The notes under the pieces were generated by a model. That model searched no databases, was not told where the DNA came from, and saw only the letters and a program-made list of their open reading frames with translations. DNA of 64,000 nucleotides from an uncultured Alphaproteobacteria bacterium (lineage in GTDB: Bacteria > Pseudomonadota > Alphaproteobacteria > Rhizobiales > Aestuariivirgaceae): positions 960-64,959 of the forward strand of contig CAWADI010000001.1 of the NCBI GenBank assembly GCA_963780765.1, read 5' to 3'. Positions 1 to 12,660 of this stretch are shown here, piece after piece; the first letter of the stretch is position 1; every line of letters begins with the position of its first letter. The position numbers and the translations under genes were made by a program.

Positions 1-1771
<1,771 letters not shown>

Positions 1772-1864
1772 GTTTAGACTCCTTTGGTTGAGCGTCATTG
1801 GCAGAAGCCGCGCTTCTGCGGTCACCGCGCAGATGTGCGAAATGTTTTTGCTGTGAGAACTGCA

Positions 1865-1891
1865 CTCGCACTCGATGGGCGTGAGTGCTAA
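1865..1891 (-). promoter_or_regulatory. CIRCE (HrcA operator) inverted repeat upstream of groES
   Basis: CTCGCACTC-N9-GAGTGCTAA against consensus TTAGCACTC-N9-GAGTGCTAA. One arm is perfect and the other matches 6/9. It lies about 95 nt upstream of the groES start. Confidence 0.7.
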
Positions 1892-2249
1892 CGCGCTATT
1901 ACACACATGGTGCGTCATTTCCCATCAGCAAGGGGAAATGGAACAGAAGTCGAAATAATAGTGCGGCTTGAGGGCGCCGAACGAATTAGTGAGAAACGAA
2001 TTCAGTAAGAAGAGCAGTATTGTAATTCGCAAGTTCATCACCACTTACAACCAATACGCGAGTCCCTATCGCGTGGTTTATCCCTACGAAATTCTGTGTG
2101 CAGGACGTGCGGTTGCTATTCGTCCCGGACAACTTTAGCAGCACTATCGTATAGTTATCTGGGGGCGCGCACGGTGTCGCCGGTAGCGATCCTCACCTCC
2201 GGCGCAAATTGTGCGTTATTGCGGGTTATTGCGAACGGAGCCCGTCCCA

Positions 2250-2459
2250 ATGAAACAGCAGCACAAATTCTCGGTCGGTCAGCAGGTACAGTATTCATCG
2301 TCAGATCCTGATCGTTTTCGGGCCTCGGGAACATTTGAGATCACCGGGCTCCTGCCCAGCGAAGGCTCCGATCTTCAGTATCGAATTCGAAATTCGCTGG
2401 AAAAGTTTGATAGGGTTGCAAAAGAATGGCAGCTCGACGTGATTGATGAGCGCCAATGA
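2250..2459 (+). CDS. Small hypothetical protein (69 aa from MKQQHKF)
   Basis: ORF 2211..2459 with internal ATG at 2250. Its stop overlaps the next ATG (ATGA at 2456), suggesting a small-ORF operon. Confidence 0.45.
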   Translation: MKQQHKFSVGQQVQYSSSDPDRFRASGTFEITGLLPSEGSDLQYRIRNSLEKFDRVAKEWQLDVIDERQ

Positions 2460-2713
2460 ACACCAGAAGGAGTTGCAAGCTCGTGACTTTCCCCCAGTCT
2501 TTTCAGTTGACCGGCATGGACAAAATGCTGCCTGCCGGCACTTACGAGGTGACAACGGAGGAGGAGCCGATCGGCGACTTTGTGTACGAGGCCTACCGCC
2601 GCATCTCCACCAGCATCTATGTGCCCGCACGGCCGGGCGATTATGGAATCGGTCAGATCATTTCGATCGACCCAGATGAATTGGCGGACACACTGAAGAA
2701 AACCTCCGCTTAG
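2456..2713 (+). CDS. Small hypothetical protein, paralog of 15961..16170
   Basis: 85 aa. The C-terminal half IGDFVYEAYRRISTSIYVPARPGDYGIGQIISIDPDELADTLKKTSA aligns with IGDLVFEAYRRIGTTIYLPPRAGAYGVGRIVSLDPVELSDALKKASA at 15961..16170. Confidence 0.55.
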   Translation: MNTRRSCKLVTFPQSFQLTGMDKMLPAGTYEVTTEEEPIGDFVYEAYRRISTSIYVPARPGDYGIGQIISIDPDELADTLKKTSA

Positions 2714-2744
2714 GCTCCCAGGTTTGCAATCCGGAGGAATCAAC

Positions 2745-3002
2745 GTGACAGACTTCAACTACGATGCTCCAGCAGAGTTCTATGGCTGGAGAGGCCAAGG
2801 CATGCGACGGGGGGCTGTTACCTACCGCCGGTTCACCACCGCCGCAGAAGCTATTCGCCATGCGATAGAAGACGTTTCATCTGCCGCCTTGGGTAGCTGC
2901 GCACTCGAGGTAGACGGAGAACGGATTCAGGGCAGAGAGATCCGGACGCTCTACACGAACTCCAAGTTTCCCCTGCAGCGAGCCTCGCCGCGTAGAGCTT
3001 GA
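2745..3002 (+). CDS. Small hypothetical protein (85 aa)
   Basis: In-frame GTG at 2745, 7 nt after GGAGGA (2732-2737). Sequence VTDFNYDAPAEFYGW...YRRFTTAAEAIRHAIEDV. The function is not recognisable. Confidence 0.5.
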   Translation: MTDFNYDAPAEFYGWRGQGMRRGAVTYRRFTTAAEAIRHAIEDVSSAALGSCALEVDGERIQGREIRTLYTNSKFPLQRASPRRA

Positions 3003-3965
3003 ACGGTACGAACCGAACGTAAACGGATTCTTGGATCATCTGTTGAGGTCAGGGAGGCTTATCGATGTCAATCCATGCGGACTGGTGCATGCCAGAGCAA
3101 TTGAGCGTACTGCAGGAAATTTTGATCCCTTATGGCTTGATCTAGAGAAAAGTCGGAGCAAGTACATGTTCCCCTACGCGCAGGCCAATCGCGAACGGAT
3201 TGCCATTCTCGTCGTCAAGCACGTCAACGATGAATCCTTTGGACGTCGCTCAGCTCAAACGAGCCACCCTTGATGAGTTCGATGCTTCACATAAAGCAAG
3301 CGCTGCGTTGCCTTCTTCGGTTGCTCCCGCTCTGCAGGACGCTGGATCAGAGAACGATCCGCACTAAGCTCGACCGAGGGGTTCTGCCCAGCAAGGAAGA
3401 CCAATGCGCTAACCTTCTTGTCATTTTGCTGACAGCAGTGACCCTGATCACGGCACAGATTATCGGCCGCAAATTGCAAAATTTGGAAGGCATCAGAGCG
3501 GTGTCATCGCGGGTAACGGTCATACATAAGAACCAAACCTCGCCCAGCATCGGCGAGCTCGAAGCTCGTGTGGCGAAGCCAGACAGCGGTACCGGCGAAG
3601 TCGATAGCGATGACGTTCTCGCCCTCCACTGGCGGGACCCGTGGATCTGATTGGAGATTTCTTTGTCTGGGACCAAAATGCATTTGCGCAAATCTACTTT
3701 AGCGATCCCGGCAAATCGCCTGCCCGCTTCAAAAAGGAGGCGCACAGCCCGCCGACTTCCGGTAAATCATTGACGTCTTGGCGACTCCTGAGAGTTCGCA
3801 GTTAGGCTAGATGGCAGTAGCGTCCCGCCGCGCACGGTCTAACGAGCAGAACAATCAGTCGGGTCATCTTGTAGGGACGAAGATGGAGGCTATATGCATG
3901 ATGTAGTTTGAGTGATGCTCATTCAGATTATTTTTTACTCAATTGGAGTTAAACCCATATGACCA

Positions 3966-4182
3966 ATGTTAGCTCGAATACCAGTTCACCGAGTACAGAA
4001 CCAAGAACAGATGCTGCTCAAGGAAATCGGCGCAAAGTGGACCAACAAGTTCTCCGCCGACGAGTTGTCTGCTCTGAAGAGCAAAGACGACCTCATTAGC
4101 CAGGTCGTCGCGAAGTATCAGTCTTGAAAAAGGCCAAGCTCAGCGCGATGTTGACGCTTTGATGAAGGACCGCCGGATCTAA
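3966..4182 (+). pseudogene. Small CsbD-like/unknown stress-type protein, apparently frameshifted
   Basis: A 53-aa ORF (below the track cutoff), MLARIPVHRVQNQEQMLLKEIGAKWTNKFSADELSALKSKDDLISQVVAKYQS*, stops at 4125-4127. The next frame continues LEKGQAQRDVDALMKDRRI* to 4182. The family assignment is weak. Confidence 0.3.
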
Positions 4183-4342
4183 GGCGGCGCTGCCGAATTG
4201 GCATCGATCCGGGGCCGCCGTGGGCGGCCCCGAGTGTCTTCGGGACAGGCTACTTCACAAAAACAGACAGCCAAGCCGGTGAACCACCGGTTCATGCTGC
4301 AACCAATCAAGATACTCGCCAGAGTAGTTCTGGAAAGGCGCG

Positions 4343-4513
4343 ATGAATTGGGCAATCGGAAAGCTCGGAACCTCATTTGTCAATGTCAGCAAATGGCTGC
4401 AGCGCCCCCGGCAATCTCCGGAACGCGGCGCCCTGCTGAGCGACCATTCGCTAAAGGATATCGGTTTGGCGCGTTTTGACCTTCTCTACGGGATCATCCG
4501 GCGCGACAGGTAG
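4343..4513 (+). CDS. DUF1127 domain small protein (56 aa)
   Basis: MNWAIGKLGTSFVNVSKWLQRPRQSPERGALLSDHSLKDIGLARFDLLYGIIRRDR. The LSDxxLxDIGLxR core is typical of DUF1127. GGAAAGG lies upstream of the ATG. It is not in the ORF track because it is under 60 aa. Confidence 0.7.
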   Translation: MNWAIGKLGTSFVNVSKWLQRPRQSPERGALLSDHSLKDIGLARFDLLYGIIRRDR

Positions 4514-4619
4514 TGGTCTTTAGACTTCACGAAAATCAATGCCATGGTGCAGCAATGCTTTGCCTTGCGCGCCTGGCGAGCAAGGCGGCAGCTGGTCGCC
4601 GCAACCAGGTAGCTGACAA

Positions 4620-4979
4620 TCAGTTCGCTGTGGCTTTGAGGAGCAGTTCGGCACATGCCAGGCTGACACCCTTAACCACCTTGTCGCTGCCGGGCATGAT
4701 CGCCGCGCCGTTTTTTTCCATGAAGGAAGCCTGCTGATAGGGGCTCGTGATGCCCTTCAGCTCAGCCAATTTGGCTTCCGCACCTGACTGCTGGTTGAAC
4801 TGCAGGAAACAAATGGGCGCCAGAGCCTTCGCCACTTCGGTGGTGGCGTGTTTATCCGCTAGGGTGGTTGCCGAGGAACCGGTGACCCAGCCGCCCCAGC
4901 TGAATCCGATGATGGCGAGAGCAACTGCTCCGCCGACCGCGCCCCACGCAGCTGGCTTGACGTTCGGAGAGATTTTCAT
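4620..4979 (-). CDS. Membrane-anchored hypothetical protein (119 aa)
   Basis: Internal start MKISPNVKPAAWGAVGGAVALAIIGFSWGGW (one TM helix), with AAGGAAAA upstream of the ATG at 4979. Confidence 0.5.
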   Translation of the reverse strand: MKISPNVKPAAWGAVGGAVALAIIGFSWGGWVTGSSATTLADKHATTEVAKALAPICFLQFNQQSGAEAKLAELKGITSPYQQASFMEKNGAAIMPGSDKVVKGVSLACAELLLKATAN

Positions 4980-5528
4980 GACTTTTCCTTTCGAGGAGAG
5001 GGGAGGGAAAGATTTCCCTAATCCGAATCCCAAATCTACAGCGCAACGGAGCATGCTGCTGTACAGAACAGCACACACCGCGCGCTCCTCAAGAAACCGA
5101 ACCTGAGTTTTGGTTAAACCGCGATTTGGCCACACGGATTACCTGGCGGGCACATTTGTCCGTATTCGGGACCAATTCGCAGGTTCGATGAGTACCAACT
5201 TACTGAAAGATGCGAGACGACTTGTATTCTTATTTTGGTCTGATCCGCCTATGTTAGATACGGATCAAAAGTCAAACCACAATGGGAAATGCCGCGAATA
5301 CGAAAATATATATCCTGGATTTGAGGCGGCGCCACGAGCACTATGACCTGAGCGCGGTCCAGAGTGCCTCGACTTCCGCCGCCATAAAGCAGACGGCAGC
5401 TCGGTGTTGTCCTAATCGGAGGGCGAGCGTCTAAACCGTTATGGTGGCCGTAACGAGAATTTTGTTCTCGTTTGAGGCTGTTGTCGCGCGCTTTGGGATA
5501 TCAAGGGCGAAGCCCTTGGCTAGTTAGA

Positions 5529-5732
5529 TTAGTCGTGTTTGAAGACCTTCTTGTTCCTGATTCCTTCGCTTAGCTCGGAAATAGCTGCCGCAATTGAACG
5601 CAAGGCCGCCGCTGTCTCAGCGGCAGCGATAACGTTCGCTTCTTCAAGCGATAGGTCTGGCTTCCCGTTACGGCTGCGCCAATCGAGAAAGCCAAGATTA
5701 TCATCCAGGGTAAATCTAACGGCGACGGGCAT
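5529..5732 (-). CDS. Hypothetical protein (67 aa)
   Basis: The ORF is preceded by GGAGGAAGGT immediately upstream of the ATG at 5732. No recognisable domain. Confidence 0.45.
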   Translation of the reverse strand: MPVAVRFTLDDNLGFLDWRSRNGKPDLSLEEANVIAAAETAAALRSIAAAISELSEGIRNKKVFKHD

Positions 5733-5836
5733 ACCTTCCTCCGATGTATTGGCGAATATGTTGGCTAGGTCCTTCCATTTTTAAGTCGGAAGATAGCATC
5801 AGCGCGTTTTGCGCCTCCTGGCAACAAGGTCGGTAA

Positions 5837-6400
5837 TCAGGTCTTGCAAGGCGTAGCAAGTTGTCGCTGTCTGAGTTTGGCACGGATGCGAAGTAACGCG
5901 GCGCCATTTGTGGCTGCTTCTAGTACCTGAATCATAGTTGGCTGACACCGGCGGCCTTTGAAGCGGCGCTGATGCACCTTGGTTTTGGTCCAGACGAACG
6001 GCTTGGCGTTTTCAATGTAGGCCTCGATGAAGGCGTCGATGTGCTCGCGCAGTTCGGTAACGGAGGTGAAGGAAGCACCGCGCAAGGACTTGCCTTCCAG
6101 GATTGAAAACCAGATCTCGACTTGGGTGAGCCACGAGGCCCGTGTCGGTGTGAAGTGGAAATGGACATTGGCGTGACGCTTGAGCCAGCGGTCATTCTTG
6201 GGCTTGTGGGTATTGAGGTTGTCGAGAACGACGTCGATGTCCTTGCCGGCATGGGCGGCGACGATGTCGTTCATGATGTCGAGAAACTCGACGCGCCGGC
6301 GACGCTGTGCATGAGCGTCGTCACCCTGCCGGTGGCCACCTCGAAGGCGGCGAACAGCGTTGAGATGCCATTGCGCTTGTAATCGTGGCTATCCCGCAGC
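5837..6400 (-). mobile_element. IS630-family transposase remnant (N-terminally truncated, frameshifted)
   Basis: DVVLDNLNTHKPKNDRWL...HFHFTPTRASWLTQVEIWFSIL matches the DDE region. The upstream piece DSHDYKRNGISTLFAAFEVATGRV is in another frame, and AHAQRRRRVEFLDIMNDIV follows only after a shift. No N-terminal HTH part is present. Confidence 0.8.
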
Positions 6401-6460
6401 AGCGCGATCTCGCGAGGTCACTGGCTAGCTGAAGCGACAATACAATGATGTCGAATTCAC

Positions 6461-6772
6461 TTAAGTGTCATCCTTATGTTCATGCAGAAATCGAGCAATC
6501 TGCTGTTTCAAACGGAATCGCCGCTCGGGGTCGCTCATGGATGCAGCGTCCTCAAACAGGTCCCGCTGGATTTCGGTGGGGAGATCGTTCCACTGAAGGA
6601 TAACCGCAGCGCCCAGACACCGCAAAATACGCTCTTCGGCCGCCTGAAGCGCGATGTCTTGTCCGAGTCCCGACCCTTGTGGCGGTTCCGTAGCTCCGCC
6701 ATTGCTCTCCCAACGACCGAGGGCCTTGGCGAGATCATAAAGGCTTCTCGGAACCTTCTTTGCGTCGATCAT
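6461..6772 (-). CDS. Hypothetical protein (103 aa)
   Basis: Clean ORF with protein-like composition. No motif recognised. Confidence 0.45.
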   Translation of the reverse strand: MIDAKKVPRSLYDLAKALGRWESNGGATEPPQGSGLGQDIALQAAEERILRCLGAAVILQWNDLPTEIQRDLFEDAASMSDPERRFRLKQQIARFLHEHKDDT

Positions 6773-6970
6773 GGCCTCAGTGTAGCGCGGGATGGTGATC
6801 TTTTTATACCGCCAGTGGCGATCGGCATCGATGTTTCTTCCTCATCCAGATCTGAGAAAAGTCGAAGCGAGGTGGAGTAGGTTGCTCCAGCTCGAACTTC
6901 CACCGCCTTTACACCCGCCTTTCAGCGACTATGTATGGTGATCGGGCGACTTGATTTCTGCAGGGACAAC

Positions 6971-7606
6971 ATGCGCGATCCCATTGATACTTACATGAAT
7001 ACGCTGGTGCCCATGGTCGTCGAGCAGACGAGCCGTGGCGAGCGCGCCTACGACATTTTTTCCCGCTTGCTGAAGGAGCGGATCATTTTTGTCTCCGGCC
7101 CGGTCGAAGACACCGTGGCCACCCTCGTTGTGGCGCAACTTTTGTTTCTCGAAGCCGAGAACCCCAAAAAAGAAATCTCGATGTACATCAATTCGCCGGG
7201 CGGCGTCGTTACTTCCGGTATGTCGATATACGACACCATGCAATTCATTCGCCCGGCGGTGTCCACAACGGTGGTCGGTCAGGCCGCGTCGATGGGCTCG
7301 CTGTTGTTGTGCGCCGGCGAGAAGGGCATGCGTTATGCGCTCAAGAACGCCCGTGTGATGGTACACCAGCCTTCCGGAGGTTTTCAGGGCCAGGCCTCCG
7401 ACATCGAGCGGCACGCCAGGGAGATCCTCGAATTGCGGGCCCGGCTGAACCAGATCTACGTCAGGCATACAGGTCAATCCCTCGACAAGATCGAGCAGGC
7501 GTTGGAACGCGATACGTTCTTGACAGCGGAGGGAGCCCGCGATTTCGGCCTGGTGGACAAGGTAATCGAGAAACGGCCGTTGCCGGCGGAAGGAATAGCA
7601 GCTTAA
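6971..7606 (+). CDS. clpP: ATP-dependent Clp protease proteolytic subunit
   Basis: [40 protein letters not shown]... with catalytic contexts GQAASMGS and MVHQPSGG. Confidence 0.93.
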   Translation: MRDPIDTYMNTLVPMVVEQTSRGERAYDIFSRLLKERIIFVSGPVEDTVATLVVAQLLFLEAENPKKEISMYINSPGGVVTSGMSIYDTMQFIRPAVSTTVVGQAASMGSLLLCAGEKGMRYALKNARVMVHQPSGGFQGQASDIERHAREILELRARLNQIYVRHTGQSLDKIEQALERDTFLTAEGARDFGLVDKVIEKRPLPAEGIAA

Positions 7607-7955
7607 GCACGGTGGTAGAGCGTGCGGCAAATGTCGGCCCGGGCGGACCGCCCCTCGAAAGAGCGCTCACCATCGGCGACCTGATCCGCGACGGCAAGCG
7701 GCTCGAGATCGGCTGCCTGCAAGGTCGGCGCGAGGGCAGCTGTAAGGGTACCCTATCGTCGATCAGTTCATTGGCGAGCTTTCTCCGGGCGTGCGCGATG
7801 TGCCCGGCGACATGTCGAAGGACCGCGAGCTCGCACTCACCGCTAAAACTGCTTTGGAACGGGCTTCTTTCCTGTCCCAGGTGGCTTGATAGCTCCGTCA
7901 GGCATTTGATCGCGCTGCGTACGTGGTCGGCCCGTACTTGACGTCTCGTGGTCAT
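7603..7955 (-). pseudogene. Hypothetical gene convergent with clpP, possibly frameshifted
   Basis: ORF 7461..7955 runs antisense into clpP. After ...KLANELIDDRVP, another frame gives [45 protein letters not shown], ending at 7603 in a CTTAAG stop-stop overlap with clpP. Speculative. Confidence 0.25.
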
Positions 7956-8333
7956 GGCGTTGTCCCTTCAGTGGGCAGATCATTCTGCCGACGTACAAAA
8001 CTTGCACACGCCAGAGTCACACCCCAACGAGATAAGTGGCGTCGCCGTGAATAACTTCGAGCTGTGCGGTTTCGGCCACAGGTTTCTCAGGCTCCAAACT
8101 GACCAAGGGCGCGGTCTCAAGGCAAACTACTCAAGCTTGAGTGCAGCGACTGCCATCGCCATCTCTACGAGGGCCCCCGAGGTGTTCCCGTTCCGCGATG
8201 ATGATCCGGTGCCAACCTTGGCGCGCCGGCTCAGGTGCTCAAGGTACGTGCCCGAAACACAGCTGTCTGGTATCCGAACCACTGCCGACCCGATGCCCGG
8301 CCGCTGGGGGCGAGTGCCTGGGTGTAACAGAAA

Positions 8334-8594
8334 TTAGTAGGCCTTCACTGCCCCTGCCAAGTGACTTATCGCGCCGTCACACAGCTCACGCGGATCGCGT
8401 TCGCCAATCGCGGCCTTGTCAATGATATACTTTGCAAGTTCCGCGCGAGCCAATTCCGCACGGTCCTCTGTCGCGTAGGAAGCTCCGCTGTCCCGAACTG
8501 CCAGCCAAGCATTGTCAAAAGCGACGGTCAAAATCTGAATGGTAGCAGGATCAAACGCCCGAAGATGAGGGCTGAGATACCTGTTCATTGCCAC
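8334..8594 (-). CDS. Small hypothetical protein (86 aa), distantly similar to 16186..16536
   Basis: ILTVAFDNAWLAVRDSG...RAELAKYIIDKAAIGERDPRELCDGAI resembles TMGWAFDTAFDALPADY...RQELALLIIRFFDEGVTDPAHLCKRSL. Confidence 0.5.
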   Translation of the reverse strand: MAMNRYLSPHLRAFDPATIQILTVAFDNAWLAVRDSGASYATEDRAELARAELAKYIIDKAAIGERDPRELCDGAISHLAGAVKAY

Positions 8595-8749
8595 ACTCGT
8601 CCACTTCTGGCGGAGCCGACTCCTCTCTCAGTCAGCGGAATGCCGGATATGGGGCCGATGATTATCGACACTGCGCTCAATTAGCCGGCTTGGCGAGTTA
8701 ATAAATCGGCTCGCGCTGGCTCAGTGCTGAAATCTCGGGGCCTCATCCG

Positions 8750-8887
8750 CTACTTTTTCTTGCCGGGTGGAGAGGGAGCGGCCTCGGCTGCATGATCGAA
8801 AATGACGATACCGCGGCCAGCCGGTTTCGCTTTCGGCTGTTTCGGCTTCTTATGCTCGCGATTGCGTCTTTGTTGACCTTTGGCCAT
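8750..8887 (-). CDS. Lys/Arg-rich small protein (45 aa)
   Basis: MAKGQQRRNREHKKPKQPKAKPAGRGIVIFDHAAEAAPSPPGKKK* preceded by AGGAGA 6 nt upstream. Below the ORF-track cutoff. Confidence 0.55.
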   Translation of the reverse strand: MAKGQQRRNREHKKPKQPKAKPAGRGIVIFDHAAEAAPSPPGKKK

Positions 8888-8952
8888 TGATCTTCTCCTC
8901 AGTTAGTTATCCAAGATGTCATTGCATGCAGGCGAACCTGTTGGACAAACGC

Positions 8953-9222
8953 CTAGCTCGGCAAGTTCGCAGTGCCAAGAACGTAAGGAGCCCCGTGGCG
9001 TCCTGAATAGAGTTTGCCGGCCACCTCGAGGATACGGTCACGATTTGCATCGAATGCGCTCAGAAATCCGGCTTCATCCCTAGACGTGCCCGGACTCATC
9101 CGGGAGAGCGCCTCGTCCTCGACGAAAAACAGGATCTCGAATACTGAATCATGCCCACTGAAACGCACACACTGGCGTGCTGGATCATAACAGCGGCTGT
9201 GATTAGGAAAATGGATGGTCAT
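8953..9222 (-). CDS. DUF1488-like small protein
   Basis: MTIHFPNHSRCYDPARQCVRFSGHDSVFEILFFVEDEAL matches the FPNxxRxYDxxxxxVRFxG pattern that I associate with DUF1488. Confidence 0.6.
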   Translation of the reverse strand: MTIHFPNHSRCYDPARQCVRFSGHDSVFEILFFVEDEALSRMSPGTSRDEAGFLSAFDANRDRILEVAGKLYSGRHGAPYVLGTANLPS

Positions 9223-9513
9223 TTCGGGCATCATAGGCCGTATTTGCGACGATTGTTACCATCGCGGGAAACACGCTCGTCGAGGGCTGGCAAAGATCAT
9301 GCGGAGTTTTCCCTTGCGGTGGCTTGAGATCAGCACCTGATTGCCGAAACCCGAATGGCCCTCCTTCATCTCTCGTACAGTTGCGCGCCGCTGTTAACTC
9401 GCATCGGCGCTCGTGACACACGACCCGAACCGGACTCTCGGCCCTCTTGGAATCGCCAACCTTGGCAATAATGTTGAGCTTTACCCAATAGCTGCCCTTT
9501 ATCGGACGACTCC

Positions 9514-10933
9514 CTAGTGTTCGACTCTACCGCGCATGGTTACCTGTAGCGGCATGCCATCCTTCGGGAGCAGCACCACCCGCCAGACCGGTATGGGTTC
9601 TTGTACAGGCGGGTTTTCGAACCGAGCGGCGCGGACTAGTGTGGCCAGCATGGCTGTTGCCTCGACGAGCGCAAAGGCAGCACCGATGCAGATCCTGGGG
9701 CCGGCACCAAACGGCATGAACTGATAAGCGCGAATAACTGGCCTCACGCTCTGGCGCGAAACGGGACGGATCGAACCGATCCGGGTCATCCCACAGTTTG
9801 CGGTGGCGGTGGATCACGTAGATCGGCAAGCCAATAAGCGTGCCGGCCTTGATGTGCTCGCTGGCTAGCTCGACATCCTTTGCAGTGTAGCGCGTCATCG
9901 CCGGCAGCGGCGGATAGAGCCGCATTGACTCCTTCAATACCTGCTGCACAGTCACCAGCCTGTCAATGTGCTCGCCGGTGACGGGGCCGGAGGGCACGAC
10001 CTGCCGGATTTCCTCCAGGACACGGGCTTCCCACTCCGGGGCACGTGACAGGAGGTAAAGCGTCCAGGTCAGCGTCATGGCGATGGTGTGGTGGCCGGCC
10101 AGAAGGAACGTCAGAAGATTGTCGACGAGCCGCTCTTCCGGCATCGTCTGGCCAGTCTCCGGGTCGACCGCGCCGAGCAGCCGGGTGAAGAGATCGTCGC
10201 GATCGTCGGGCGAAGTATGGCGTGCTTGAATCATGTCGGCAACGACGGCCCTAAGACGGGTCTCCCAATAGCGCATGCGGCGGCGACCCGGGCGCGGCAG
10301 CCAGACTGGCAAGTTGAGCACCGCAAAGGCGGTTGACCAGGAGAGCCCCTCCACATAGTCGGCAGTTCCCTGTTTCATCGTTTCGCCAATGAGGGCGCCG
10401 CTGCCTGGCAGCAATGTGTTGGAGATGACATGGTACGTCGCGCGCAGCATGTCGGCATCAATGGCGTGGGTTGAGCCTGGCGGTGCAGCACGCCATGCCT
10501 TGATCGCCGATTCCGCACCCGCAACCATGGCGGGCACGTATCGGACGATCTCGCCATGTCGAAAGAGAGGCGCCACTGTCTGGTGTTGCCAGCGCCAGTC
10601 CCGCCCTTCCGACGTCAGAATACTGTTGCCGAATAAGCCGCCTAGCACCCGCCGCAGGAGCGGGTCCTGGGGGAAGTGGTCGCAGTGGTCGACCAATACG
10701 ATCTTAACTAGGGCCGGATCCGTCACCCAGACGATGGCAGGGGGGCCGCGCAAGACGACGAGGGGCTCGTGATAGACGGACTCGGGTATGGTCAGCAGCG
10801 GATTGCGGAGAAATTTTACGAAGGACTGTGGCAGATTCAGAGGCTTCGGTGGTGGCGTCACTCGCGGCGGGTACAAAGGCACGCTGCTCGCGTCGATGGG
10901 GCGAATTTTGCTCATGGAATGGCGTTGTTGCAT
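9514..10933 (-). pseudogene. Cytochrome P450 with a frame break just before the heme-binding loop
   Basis: The I-helix FLLAGHHTIAMT and ExxR (ESMRLYPP) are in ORF 9527..10933. The Cys loop [15 protein letters not shown] is in ORF 9514..9789. The junction is ...[11 protein letters not shown] / (R)YQFMPFG at cgcTtatcag (9721-9730), consistent with one extra T. Confidence 0.85.
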
Positions 10934-10981
10934 TCACGGCCGATCCAACTGCCAAAGCCGGCGGGTAGTGTCTCAGGTTGG

Positions 10982-11308
10982 AACTTGACGGCTGACAGCC
11001 TATCGAATCCAGCAGCTGCCTCCTAATATGTTTTGCGCAAAGCAGGAGGCGCGGTATGCGGATTGAGATGCGCGTTGAGCGAAACGGCAGGTCAATTTTT
11101 CGAACTGAGTATTTTACGGAAGTGGGGTTAAGTTTTGCCGAATACTCTAAGATGGCTTTGAAGGAGTTCCATCGGCAGCACCCGGAAGTATCGCTGCTTG
11201 ATGATGACGTTTGGCTCAAGTTCGATAAGGTTCGATAAGTCATGCCCAAAGCAAAAGGCGAACGGCGACGGGCAGACGTGATCGGCAATGCCGTGAAGGT
11301 TATGCGGA
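10982..11308 (+). repeat. Direct repeat copy A (327 bp), partner at 18189..18517
   Basis: aacttgacggctgacagcctatcga...ggttatgcgga aligns end to end with copy B at roughly 90% identity by eye. It contains a 60-aa ORF plus the 5' end of a second ORF. Confidence 0.85.
11056..11238 (+). CDS. Small hypothetical protein (60 aa), duplicated at 18262..18444
   Basis: MRIEMRVERNGRSIFRTEYFTEVGLSFAEYSKMALKEFHRQHPEVSLLDDDVWLKFDKVR differs from the second copy at 2 residues. Confidence 0.5.
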   Translation: MRIEMRVERNGRSIFRTEYFTEVGLSFAEYSKMALKEFHRQHPEVSLLDDDVWLKFDKVR

Positions 11309-11407
11309 AAGTTACCGGCGAGGAAACTGAGGATTTGCCAGCCGACAAAAAGAACAGGGCCGCCGTTGATCTTGACCGTAAGCGCGGCGCACAAGCTGTG
11401 AGGTTGA

Positions 11408-12139
11408 TCACGGTCGTGGAGGAGCAGGAGCGAGGCCGGTCATGTCGGCGCTGACCTTCCACAACCGCGCCTGGAGGGCGCGGTTCAGAGCGATTGGATC
11501 GGGCCGCGTTATTCTCTTATCGACGAAGTAAGTGCCGGTGGTGTCCGCGACCTCGGGCGAGCCAGCAAGATAAAGCGTCGTTTCGGCACCCTGCGCCGGG
11601 GTGAGCAGGACCGGCTTCATGAGCGCCCATGCGAGACCGATGAGCCCGCCCAGATTACCGATTTGCGTCGCCACCATGCCTGGATGCAGACAGTTAGAGG
11701 TAACGCCCCGTCCCTCCAGCGACGTGCGAGCTCGAAGGCGAACACAATACTGGCGAGCTTTGACTGGCCATAGGCTTTCAGCATGGAATAGCCTTCGCGC
11801 GCATCGAGGTTCTCGAAATCGATGCGGGCGCCCTCGTGCGCAGCCGAGGCGACTGTGACGACCCGCGCGGGGGCACTCGCGATGAGCCGGTCGAGGAGCA
11901 GGTTGGTGAGGAGAAACGGAGCCAGGTGGTTGACCTGCCAAGTGGCCTCGAACCCGTCAGTTGTTCTCCGCCAGACCTCGTGCAGCGTCCCCGCATTGTT
12001 AGTGAGTACGTGCACGGCTGGGTAGACGCTCAGCACTTTCTTGGAGAGCGCGCGAACGCTATCGAGCATCTCACTGGCGAGCGACAGCGCACGGTGCAAG
12101 GCTTGTTCGAGACTGCGGGAGAATGTCGGCACGTGATCT
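11408..12139 (-). pseudogene. Short-chain dehydrogenase remnant (N-terminally truncated, frameshifted)
   Basis: HVLTNNAG...YGQSKLASIVFAFELARR is in ORF 11617..12189, then LEGRGVTSNCLHPGMVATQIGN is in ORF 11408..11941. The junction at cgtcgctggag looks like a lost C. There is no TGxxxGxG Rossmann start because clpS abuts at 12140. Confidence 0.7.
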
Positions 12140-12463
12140 CTAGTCCTTTTCCATGGTGCATTGCAGCGGATGCTGGTGCTGGCGGGCAAAGTCCATGACC
12201 TGTCCGATTTTTGTTTCCGCCACTTCGAAAGTGTAGACGCCGCACACGCCTATACCCTTCTGGTGGACATGCAGCATGATGCGGGTCGCCTCCTCCCTGC
12301 CCTTGTTGAAAAAGCGCTCGAGCACATGGACAACGAACTCCATCGGCGTGAAATCGTCGTTGAGCAGGAGCACTTTGTAAAGCGAGGGCTTCTTTGTCTT
12401 GGGCGCCGTCTTGGTGATGACCCCCGTCTGGCCCTCATCCCGATTGCGGTTCTTGTCTGCCAT
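12140..12463 (-). CDS. clpS: ATP-dependent Clp protease adaptor ClpS
   Basis: [11 protein letters not shown]...[58 protein letters not shown]. Confidence 0.9.
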   Translation of the reverse strand: MADKNRNRDEGQTGVITKTAPKTKKPSLYKVLLLNDDFTPMEFVVHVLERFFNKGREEATRIMLHVHQKGIGVCGVYTFEVAETKIGQVMDFARQHQHPLQCTMEKD

Positions 12464-12660
12464 GCCGATCGTCCATTGATGCCGCCATAGAGCAGGCAAC
12501 GAATATTGAGCGTGCCAATCGTTTCAGTGCTGCTTTCCCACCTTGGCCCGGTCATGTTGCCGCTGAGGGCCGGTGGCAATCATTCCATTTCCCCTTGGCG
12601 GGGAAGGGAGGGCGCGCTCTGTGTTCGACGAACACGCCCTCCTTCAGGCTTAGTCGCCCC

